This document shows positions 21,133 through 29,932 of a stretch of DNA of 64,000 nt, piece by piece. The number at the start of each line of letters is the position of its first letter. The first letter of the stretch is position 1. The notes under the pieces are model-generated. The model was not told the DNA's origin and made no database searches. It worked only from the letters and a program-made list of their open reading frames with translations. The position numbers and the translations under genes are program-made. The stretch is from a virus: the IMG/VR virus record IMGVR_UViG_3300049427_000004, positions 1 to 64,000 of that record, one strand, 5' to 3'.

Positions 21133-21741
21133 TTAACCTCCGAATGTCATATAAATCGATTGTGAGAATAAGGCAAAAAAATTAAGAAACATGTGAGCCA
21201 AGATTACAACATGTAGTCTCCTAGTTTTGAAGTAGAAGTAGCATAACACAAACCCTACTGCAAAGTAACCTAATATGTATGGTAAATTCATGTGTGAGGA
21301 TGCGAATAATAATGAACTTATGGTTGCTGCTAAGATTGAAAACTTTTCGTTGTCTCGCTGCAACCAACCAAAGATAATCTTTCGGAAGATTAGTTCCTCT
21401 AGGATCGGAGCAAATAATACAGTGTATATTGGTACTATAGGAATCAATGTCGTGATTGTGATTTGCTGATTTGGAACGAATATCCGAATTCCAACTAAGT
21501 TAAAAATTGCTTGCACGATGATGCAAATGAAGAATGCTGAGAAAGCTAAGTTGGTGTTTTCGTTGTTTAATGCTTCTGAATCATATGTAATTTCATTTCT
21601 GAGAAGCAGGTATGAGATGATTAGGTTGACTGGAGTGGCGAACAATTGGATGTATGCGATTGGGATAGTCAGTGACGAAATTATGGTCAAGGTGAATATT
21701 GCTGTTATTAATATGTATTTTTGATTTATTGTTTTAATCAT
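21133..21741 (-). CDS. CPBP (CAAX/Abi) family intramembrane glutamic metalloprotease
   Basis: APILEELIFRK, SSLLFASSH, ILAHMFLN motifs; multiple TM segments. Confidence 0.9.
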   Translation of the reverse strand: MIKTINQKYILITAIFTLTIISSLTIPIAYIQLFATPVNLIISYLLLRNEITYDSEALNNENTNLAFSAFFICIIVQAIFNLVGIRIFVPNQQITITTLIPIVPIYTVLFAPILEELIFRKIIFGWLQRDNEKFSILAATISSLLFASSHMNLPYILGYFAVGFVLCYFYFKTRRLHVVILAHMFLNFFALFSQSIYMTFGG

Positions 21742-22068
21742 TTATTGATATATATACTCCTTATAAATTTCGTTATCAGGGAAATACTTTTTCTCGTTTG
21801 AATCTAGCTTTTGTTTTACGTTATGTAGACTGTGTAATATTGGATCTATTTGAAATGCTTCGAATTTCAGCTTTCTTCTGTAACGTACAATTTTTTGAAG
21901 TTCTTTTGTAAACTTAAATGCTGCTTCCTTATTCATTTCTTCAATCTCTAGTCTGTGATAGGCTTCACTCATCAATTTATCCTGAGTTGAAATGTCCTTC
22001 CACAGTTCTTCTTTTTTGATTTTTAGTTTAGTTATTTCCTCATCAACATACTGCAATGAAAAGTACAT
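21742..22068 (-). CDS. Hypothetical coiled-coil protein
   Basis: 108-aa ORF with GAGGAG RBS. Confidence 0.7.
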   Translation of the reverse strand: MYFSLQYVDEEITKLKIKKEELWKDISTQDKLMSEAYHRLEIEEMNKEAAFKFTKELQKIVRYRRKLKFEAFQIDPILHSLHNVKQKLDSNEKKYFPDNEIYKEYIYQ

Positions 22069-22123
22069 TGTATTCTCCTCCTTTAATATAAAAAATGGGA
22101 TAACTTATTTCTAATTTATCCTC

Positions 22124-22152
22124 ATGATATCATGGTAATTTTTATGTGTCAA
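22124..22152 (-). promoter_or_regulatory. Strong sigmaA promoter for the 108-aa/CPBP/71-aa/sigma operon
   Basis: TTGACA-17-TATCAT with TG extension. Confidence 0.8.
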
Positions 22153-22181
22153 TTGCAATATTTTCGTTTAGAGAAAAGTGA

Positions 22182-23054
22182 CTAAATAGCCACTTCCATT
22201 TCAATCTTCGGATGGTATTTATAGTCGATCAATTTGAAATCTTCAATAGTGAAGTCATCAAATTTCTTGACTTCAGGATTAATCCACAGCTCAGGCGCCT
22301 CAAACGGTTCTCTGCCGATCTGTTCTGTTAGTGGATCAATATGACGCTCATACACATGTGAATCGTTTATATTGAATGTGAGAGTACCTAGTTCATATCC
22401 TGTGACTTGTGCTATCATTCGCTGCAATACGTAGTATTGGAATACATTAAAGGGATTGCCTAATCCAATGTCATTTGAGCGCACTCCTACAATCAAGTGT
22501 AACTTACCCTCTTTAACTAACCATTGATTGTGCCAAACGCAAGGATATAGGCTCATGTCGTGTAAATCATCAATGTTCCATAGAGAAATGATATGCCGAC
22601 GAGATGATGGATTATTTTTCAGGTTGTTAATAAGCAAATTCACCTGATTATCTTGAAGGTAAGCTCTTGAATTATTGTGATGTGAAACAATAGTTGCTTC
22701 ACCATAGTTAATATTCTTTCCTAATTGATACCCATATGCCTTACCAATATCTCCAGTAGGCCGTGTCCACTCCTCCCAAATTTTCACTTTGTTCTCACGA
22801 AGGTACGAGACATCACTAGTTCGTTTAATGTAAAACCAGATAAGTTCATGAATAGCCGATTTCCAAGCGACACGTTTTGATGTAAGAATAGGAACTTCTG
22901 ATGTATCAATAGACAATTGTTTCGAGATTAATGATTTTGTGTATGCTGGAGTTCCATCGATCCATTGAGTCCGAACATTTTGGTCTTTATCCCATACCCC
23001 ATTTGAAATGATGTCTGAAACAAGCTGATTGTACTGAATATCGAATTTACTCAT
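22182..23054 (-). CDS. thyA: Thymidylate synthase
   Basis: ELIWF, IGKAYG, PSSRRHI, LYPCVW, RSNDIGLGNPFN, HVYERH. Confidence 0.95.
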   Translation of the reverse strand: MSKFDIQYNQLVSDIISNGVWDKDQNVRTQWIDGTPAYTKSLISKQLSIDTSEVPILTSKRVAWKSAIHELIWFYIKRTSDVSYLRENKVKIWEEWTRPTGDIGKAYGYQLGKNINYGEATIVSHHNNSRAYLQDNQVNLLINNLKNNPSSRRHIISLWNIDDLHDMSLYPCVWHNQWLVKEGKLHLIVGVRSNDIGLGNPFNVFQYYVLQRMIAQVTGYELGTLTFNINDSHVYERHIDPLTEQIGREPFEAPELWINPEVKKFDDFTIEDFKLIDYKYHPKIEMEVAI

Positions 23055-23115
23055 TGTATTCTCCCTTATAATAAGTTCAGAGGACTATTGGTTAGATAGT
23101 CCTCTGTGATATGTA

Positions 23116-23637
23116 TCATTGCTGTGCTGCTTCGATTTGACGTTGAATTTCTTTTTTAATCAGTGGTTCAGGAGCAAAATCTTTCACCCAATTATCAGGT
23201 TTAATTATTTTCCCTACCTCATTGTATCTCGGTTTACCATCCTCATGCAATTTCCCCATATTGGCATTGTGTACGATTGAAAAAATAGGATCAGGTTCAA
23301 CTTTGATCAGTGTAAAGTCACCGTTATTGAAATATCTTAAATCAGTTAGGGCATCTACTTGATTAATCAAAACCTCTTCTTGAGTTTCAGGATATTTTTT
23401 ATCCATTTGTTTAATGTATGTGCTATTCATTCGCTTCAACAAACTCAAATATGCATCATAAAATTCAGCTTCAGAATATGAAGTACCATGAAGCGCTTCA
23501 ATCATTTCCTCTGCTGAAAAACTCATTCGAGTAACTAATGCATCTAGTGAAAGGGGTGTAGGAGAAGATGGCATTAAAACTCCAAAAGCCTCGTGAAATT
23601 CTTCTACCTGCTCATAATTTGTTTTTTTGATATTCAC
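23116..23637 (-). CDS. MazG-like / PRA-PH nucleoside triphosphate pyrophosphohydrolase
   Basis: VEEFHEAF, EEMIE, DALTDL, VHNANMGK...GKIIKP; GTG start after AAAGGAG. Confidence 0.8.
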   Translation of the reverse strand: MNIKKTNYEQVEEFHEAFGVLMPSSPTPLSLDALVTRMSFSAEEMIEALHGTSYSEAEFYDAYLSLLKRMNSTYIKQMDKKYPETQEEVLINQVDALTDLRYFNNGDFTLIKVEPDPIFSIVHNANMGKLHEDGKPRYNEVGKIIKPDNWVKDFAPEPLIKKEIQRQIEAAQQ

Positions 23638-23724
23638 TTGAAACTCTCCTTTCATGGTAAACCTCACACTATATGCGACCGCTACATGTGTGAGGTTTTG
23701 TCTAAATTAAATTATTATAGCTTA

Positions 23725-25395
23725 TTACGCTTCACAGTTTGTGCAGAGTTTATCCTTACTAAATTGTTGCGCAGCGTTTGTACTGTGTTGGTAGTATAGT
23801 GTTTTAATGTTGTTTTCCCAAGCAAATAAATACAATTCGTTGATCTTTTTGGCAGACATTTTTGGATTAATCATTAAATTTAATGACTGACTTTGATCTA
23901 AGAATAGTTGTCTAGTGGAAGCTTGATCTAGAACAACATACTGATCAATTTCACTAAATGTCTTAAATACTTCTCTTTCTTTATCTGTTAAGAAATTAAG
24001 ATGTTGAACAGATCCATCATTGTCACGAATACTATTCCAAACTTCTCTAGTATCTTTATCATAAGACCCAAGAACTTTCTTTAAGTAGGGATTTCGGATG
24101 GTCACTTTGGCTTTAGCTACATCTTTTACGTATATATTTGACCAAATAGGCTCAATGCTTTGTGAAACTTGTTCTAGAATAAAAGCAGAGCTTGTTGTTG
24201 GTGCAATAGCTGTCAAGGTTGTATTACGTCTTCCATAACCCTTCAAAACCTCTGGTTCTCCATATAATTTCGCCAAATCTTCCGATGCTTTATATGCTTG
24301 TTTCTGAATAAAGCTAAACATTCTAGCATTTAATTTGATTGCATCCATGCTTTCAAATGGAATCATATTAGATTGCAAGTAAGAATGCCATCCTAAAGCA
24401 CCTAATCCTAAAGCGCGATTTTCTTTTGCGAAACTATAGGCCCTTTCCATAAAAAAGAAGGCTAAATTATCTTCATTGTCTTTAGAATCACGAAACTTTT
24501 CAAGTTTTGATATGAATTCAGTCATAACCGCATCTAGGAAAAACACCATTGTTTCGACAGCATCTGTTTCTTTCCATTCGTCATAATACAATAGATTCAT
24601 TGATGACAAATTACAAACAAACGACCACTTTTCATTGTTCGGCAATGCAATTTCTTGGCACATGTTGGAATGATTGATTTTTAAATTTTTATCCTTATAA
24701 ACATCTACTGTATTTTTATTAACTGTATCAGTAAAGAAAATATATGGGTATCCGATTTCAGAGCGAGACTTTATAATCTTAGCCCATACTGTGCGTTTTT
24801 CTTTATCTCCATCAACCATTTCTTTCATCCATTGATTGGTAACAGTTACACCATGAATTAATTTTTGAATTTCGTTTCCCTCTGTACCAATTTCTAAAAA
24901 TTCTAAAATATCTGGATGCTCTACTGGTAGAGACGGAGAGAACATTCCACGTCTCGAAGATCCTTGGCTGACAACATCGACAATCGAATCAAACAATTTC
25001 ATAAAATGAACTGCTCCAGAAGATTGACCATTGTCCTTAATATCCGCACCTCTATGACGCAAATCACCGAAGTATCCAGATGTTCCTCCACCAAACTTAC
25101 TCATTACCCCAACTTCGGATTGCGAATATAGAATTCCTCCCATATGGTCTGGAAGATAACTACCAAAACATGAGATTGGCAATCCCTTATTATTTCCAAA
25201 ATTCACCCAAACTGGAGTTGACAATGAGTAATATCCTTTTTCCATGTAGTTATAAAATTTATCAGCAAATCCCTTAATTCCAAGAATGGATTCCGCCGTA
25301 TCTGCAATTATGCGGATGCGTTGTTCAGGTGTGACTCCCTCAGTTAAATACCCACGAGATAAAAAGTTTCTGCTGTTTTCATTAAGCCATTTCAT
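23725..25395 (-). CDS. nrdA: Class I ribonucleotide reductase alpha subunit, no ATP cone
   Basis: PISCF, GGGTSG, SQGSSRRG, SNMCQEI (NxCxE), CNLSSMNL, TAIAPT, KTLYY, C-terminal CTNCEA. Confidence 0.93.
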   Translation of the reverse strand: MKWLNENSRNFLSRGYLTEGVTPEQRIRIIADTAESILGIKGFADKFYNYMEKGYYSLSTPVWVNFGNNKGLPISCFGSYLPDHMGGILYSQSEVGVMSKFGGGTSGYFGDLRHRGADIKDNGQSSGAVHFMKLFDSIVDVVSQGSSRRGMFSPSLPVEHPDILEFLEIGTEGNEIQKLIHGVTVTNQWMKEMVDGDKEKRTVWAKIIKSRSEIGYPYIFFTDTVNKNTVDVYKDKNLKINHSNMCQEIALPNNEKWSFVCNLSSMNLLYYDEWKETDAVETMVFFLDAVMTEFISKLEKFRDSKDNEDNLAFFFMERAYSFAKENRALGLGALGWHSYLQSNMIPFESMDAIKLNARMFSFIQKQAYKASEDLAKLYGEPEVLKGYGRRNTTLTAIAPTTSSAFILEQVSQSIEPIWSNIYVKDVAKAKVTIRNPYLKKVLGSYDKDTREVWNSIRDNDGSVQHLNFLTDKEREVFKTFSEIDQYVVLDQASTRQLFLDQSQSLNLMINPKMSAKKINELYLFAWENNIKTLYYQHSTNAAQQFSKDKLCTNCEA

Positions 25396-25410
25396 TATTA
25401 TAAATTCCTC

Positions 25411-26676
25411 CTAAAATAAGTCATCACCAGTGATGCTTTGCATTCTTTTGCTATAGTTAATTTGTCTCTTAACAAAAAAGTCTCCGTGTTTTGTTGCTAT
25501 AATCTCAGTATCAAACCATTCCGTTTGTTCGACAACATCTTCATCAATATTGAAAATCGAATTGTAGCCAATACTACGAAGTGAACTATTAAGGCGATTT
25601 TTAACAAATTCTTTGACAAGAGATTTTGGTAGAAAATCTAAGTCTCCTGATTCGTAAATCCAATCAATAACAATTTCTTCTGATTCATACGCTTCTCTAC
25701 ATGCCTGAATTACCATTTTCTCAGTATGCTCATTAAACCACTCAGGATGTTCATTTCGAATAATCTTGATAAGGTCGATGCCGAACAGTCCATGTATTTG
25801 CTCTTCTTTAGAAGTGGCTTCAATAACATTTGACATACCTTTGAAAATATTTTTATGTTTATTAAATGACATGATAATTAAAAATTGTGAGAATAGTGAT
25901 ACATGCTCGATGAACAATGAGAACAAAAGAATAGACAATGCATAGTCCTTATTTTCTCCAGTACGTGCTAGAGCTACGCCTTTTGTCAAATATTCTACAC
26001 GTTGAAATAATTCAGGGATTTTTTCAATCTTCTTGAATTCGTCATTTAACCCTAAAATTTCAAGCAAATGAGAGTATGCGTCTTGATGTCGAACTTCACT
26101 TTCTGCGAATGTGTATCCAACAGAACCTACCTCTGGTTTTGGAAGGCGATGATATAAATCACCCCAAAAAGATTTAACTGCAACTTCAACTTGGGCAATT
26201 GCAAGCATTGCATTTTTAATTACATTTCTTTCTTTATCCGATACATTAACCTTAAAATCTTGAATGTCCGATGTGTAATTGAACTCAGTATGTAACCAAT
26301 ATGAATGTTGTATGGCTTCTTTATATTGAGAAAGTTCTGGATACTCGTAAGGCTTCAAATTTAAACGATGCTTAAAAATATTAGGTCGCCTTTCTTGGTT
26401 TCGTTTATCGCGGTAGAGGATATATGCTTTTGCTGTAGATTTGTGTTCCGATTTCAGTAGAGCTGTTTCAACTAGATCTTGCACTAACTCAACAGTTAAT
26501 TTTTCATAATCGCTGCACTCTATTAACTCCAATACGTCTTGAGTCAACTTCGCTGCTTCAGTGTCGTTAAATTCTCCTGTTTGTGCTCCTGCTTTCTCAA
26601 TAGCGCTTGTAATCTTCTCAGAATTAAATTCAACTTCTATTCCATTACGCTTCGTAATTATGTTTGACAACCCCAT
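25411..26676 (-). CDS. nrdB: Class I ribonucleotide reductase beta subunit with N-terminal ATP cone
   Basis: ITKRNG..FNSEKI..AI..A / VQDLVE..L / AKAYILYR cone, then EVRHQDAY and KEEQIHG di-metal motifs. Confidence 0.92.
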   Translation of the reverse strand: MGLSNIITKRNGIEVEFNSEKITSAIEKAGAQTGEFNDTEAAKLTQDVLELIECSDYEKLTVELVQDLVETALLKSEHKSTAKAYILYRDKRNQERRPNIFKHRLNLKPYEYPELSQYKEAIQHSYWLHTEFNYTSDIQDFKVNVSDKERNVIKNAMLAIAQVEVAVKSFWGDLYHRLPKPEVGSVGYTFAESEVRHQDAYSHLLEILGLNDEFKKIEKIPELFQRVEYLTKGVALARTGENKDYALSILLFSLFIEHVSLFSQFLIIMSFNKHKNIFKGMSNVIEATSKEEQIHGLFGIDLIKIIRNEHPEWFNEHTEKMVIQACREAYESEEIVIDWIYESGDLDFLPKSLVKEFVKNRLNSSLRSIGYNSIFNIDEDVVEQTEWFDTEIIATKHGDFFVKRQINYSKRMQSITGDDLF

Positions 26677-26945
26677 CTTCCCTTCCAATATCACACTATG
26701 TATTTATTACTCATAAAATAAATATTTGATTGGCTTTCTAAGAAATCAAATTAATAATATCTTCAATGACCCAACCAAAGAATGTCATCATTACAATAAT
26801 CCCGTACATAACCAGAGTAAATTTATCAACCGTCTTATTTTTAATAATATTAACAAAGACATAAACTGATCCAGTGAAAGCTAGCAAGCTAATAATCAAC
26901 CATACGATATCCATCTATTTCCCTCATTTCATAATATTTTATTTC

Positions 26946-27097
26946 CTATTCTTCATCAATTTCTTCATACATCTCGTAAGCATCACTATATCCTTGCCAG
27001 TTATCCACTCCACAAGCCTCAAGACACTCAAGAAAATGCTACTCTATCTAATATCATATTCTTCTTCACTAATTGTCACTGTTAACTGATTGTTCAA
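26946..27097 (-). pseudogene. Frameshifted small phage gene
   Basis: AGGAGG then TTG MNNQLTVTISEEEYD(IR*); conserved-looking LECLEACGVDNWQGYSDAYEM lies in another frame. Confidence 0.55.
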
Positions 27098-27146
27098 TAT
27101 CTCACCTCCTTTCAACACCATTTAAAAGCACAATTTGATTGTGTAT

Positions 27147-27368
27147 TTATTTCCGATCAGTAAGAACTTCTGACACTTGCTGTTGAAGTTCTTCGGTAAC
27201 ATCCGACCATACGCCACTGATCTTGGTAAAAACTTGTTCAACTGTAGTGGCTTCGCCATTAGCGACATCGACTCCAATAAATTCATACACTTGCTGGTTT
27301 TTTAAGTAATCATCGGTAACGACTCTACTTAAGACACTCTTCAGTGCATTTCCAATCACTTCACTCAT
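27147..27368 (-). CDS. Hypothetical protein (73 aa)
   Basis: AAGGGAG RBS before ATG AGT GAA; the longer TTG start in the track has no RBS. Confidence 0.7.
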   Translation of the reverse strand: MSEVIGNALKSVLSRVVTDDYLKNQQVYEFIGVDVANGEATTVEQVFTKISGVWSDVTEELQQQVSEVLTDRK

Positions 27369-27390
27369 ATAAAATATCTCCCTTTTTATA

Positions 27391-27520
27391 TTATTGACCA
27401 CCCTCACCCAATACGAGGTAATTTCGCTCTGGTAGTCGTGTGTACTCCCCACTTATCGTCGTGTTTTCCTCAACTCTATATAGAGCCGACATAGCATTTC
27501 TGAGTACCTTGCCCAATATG
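27391..27520 (-). ncRNA. Candidate structured RNA / leader of unknown class
   Basis: GC-rich island with several stems containing G-U pairs on the minus strand only (see findings). Confidence 0.4.
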
Positions 27521-27522
27521 TA

Positions 27523-29916
27523 TTAATTAACTTTTTTCAAACCACCATGAACATTTAATACATGGCCATCAGGAACCTTATCTATAATATTAAATTGATT
27601 CATTACTTCTTCCTCTGACAACGCGAGCGACTTACCCAATACTTCTCCGTATTCCTCATCATAAAGCCAACTATGAATGCTATAGCCGAATGAAGAGTAT
27701 TCTACAGTTCCGTAATTTTTTGATAATTTATCTTGAACAATTGTACCGAGTGGGATAATTACAATCACCTCCCTACCTCATAAATGAACTGATTTATAGT
27801 CACATGTAATTTTATTAATGAATTAATTGTCAAACCAAAATACAACTCTCACATCATCTGGTCTTACTTGATATTTTGGGATATCATGCTCCTTCAAGTA
27901 GCTCTTTAATTTATTGATAGTTCCTTCATAGAACTCAGAGCACAATTCTTTGATTGAAGTGTGATAATATACTTTATAACCGATACCGCCTTTTTCGGTT
28001 TTAATAAATTTAGCACCAAGTTCACTTCGAACTTTAGCCAACCTGTCTTCATCAAAAGCGAATTCAGTTCCTTCTTCTGGAATATCCCAACCATCATAAT
28101 TAAGGAGTTCTTCTAATGTCAAATAAGTGTGGGAATGACCATCTACTCCATAGTCGTCTGATTCATGCTTTGTTTCAAGGGATACATCATCTGGCAACCC
28201 TTTTGGCTCGCTAATCGGTTTTATATCCCAATAATTCCTTACATTTGCCAAGATAGCAAACAGGCAATAGTTGCGACCTTTATAAATCCTATCTTCATAA
28301 TCTACATGGAATCTTCGGTTGTAATCCTCTGGGTATTTAATGTGGTCTTCATTGACAGTCCATTTATCAGCATTAATCCAAATACCGTTTTCTCGCTTAT
28401 CATCATCATATGTATAGCGTCTTACTTCAAGATGTGCGTGAATATCGCAACCCATATATTCATCTCCCTATTTTTAATTGTCCCATAAAAGGACGATTTC
28501 AATTACTATTTTATTTTTTCAATTCGGATCAAATAGTTTTCCATAACTCCATCAATAAATTCCATTTCTACTACATCGCCAATATGGAAATCGGTGAGAT
28601 CTGTTTTATGTATTTTGCTTACTTTTTTGTTCGAAGTAACTTCATGCCCATCGACATGAATACTGTTTTCTGAGATAGATGTTACAACTCCATAATCTTT
28701 TATCAGTGAATGTTTATTTAAAGCTCTCTGTTCATCTGTATTTGAGATTATCATCCAAGTTGAAATACTAATTATGAACAGTATTAGGAAGAGATAAAAG
28801 AGCTTCCATTCCGCGACAACCAAACACATGAACGTCAGTAAGATAGAAATAATTCCTAATACTAAGGCAATCAACAGTAGAAGATCGTATATGATATACA
28901 TTTTTCACCTCCAGTCATCTATTGAAATGAGCATTTTAATATCTATTACTTCCAGAACTGATACCATTTCTTTGCTGGCGCAACGAATGCTTCCTCAATT
29001 TCAATGCTTTCTTCAGAATTCATTTGCATCTGTTCTTTTCTCTTCTCAAGAACAAGTTTCCTCGCCTCTAAATCAGTCTCGGCTATTCGCTTAGATTCTT
29101 CATCGTTTATCACATTTTTCTTATCTATGCGATAAAATCGAATCTACGCTTAATTTTACAGGCTCAAATCCAAAATAGTTGTAAATGAAGTGTGAGCCAA
29201 GAAAATAATTACGACTTATCTTTTGTTCAAAGACAATTGCCTTCATATGTTCAACTCCTCTTAAAATCTATATTTTATTTTCTTTGTGCTCTGTGATAAT
29301 CTTCTTCCAATCACTATCATCAACTTCTTTATTAATGTATTTTAAAGCAGTTTCTTTGCTAATTAAAACATCCACCTGATTGTCGTAATCGTAATCTTCA
29401 TCAGAGTTGGAGATGTTGTTTATAGCCATGCTAATAAACCAATTTTTCATGAAATTCTCATCGTCTGCATGTTTTTTATCTACCATTCCATCAATATTAA
29501 TTCTCAAAGTTACTGTGCCTTGAACTAAGGACATTTCCACTTTTTCGTTCATATTACACATCTCCCTGTAATGTTATTTTGTATTGAAACTTGTAATTCA
29601 TAACCTATTTAATAATTACCTTTTCACCAAAAGCACCAAATTCCCATCCAGTTTTACCTGTTCCGTAGCAATCAGGGCATCCATAGCCAGTATCACTAGG
29701 ATGATCACGATATGTACCACCGCCACCACACCAAATGCAATTTGGCAGAGCGTCAAACTTCCATCTGTACATATCTTCCTTTGTTGGTTGACCAATTAAA
29801 TCATAAATATCTCTAGCTGCCTTCTTTGTTTTTCTAGATACCTTACTTAGATCATGTTCATGTTTCTCAAGCCATTTCCAATGTCTCCATCTATTCAAAT
29901 AAAATTCACCTCCCAT
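27523..29916 (-). other. Run of short accessory ORFs incl. a 210-aa MGCDIH...VVFWFDN phage protein (27823-28455) and a membrane protein (28506-28901)
   Basis: ORF track, RBSs and palindromic boundary sites. Confidence 0.8.
28946..29246 (-). pseudogene. Frameshifted ~100-aa accessory gene
   Basis: GAGGAG-ATG frame stops at 29121 after 41 aa; an adjacent frame continues IRFYRIDKKN...KKWYQFWK* without its own RBS. Confidence 0.5.
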
Positions 29917-29932
29917 TGAAATTCAAATTTGA

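Noticed and set aside
26693-26708. NrdR-box-like sequence upstream of nrdB
   Set aside because: Only the left half (ACACTAT) matches; no second box.
27391-27430. T-box riboswitch
   Set aside because: AGGGUGGUCAA lacks the UGGNACC bulge, and there is no stem I or terminator.
27369-27452. TTG-started extension of the 27147 ORF
   Set aside because: No RBS, and it runs through the structured-RNA candidate; the downstream ATG has AAGGGAG.
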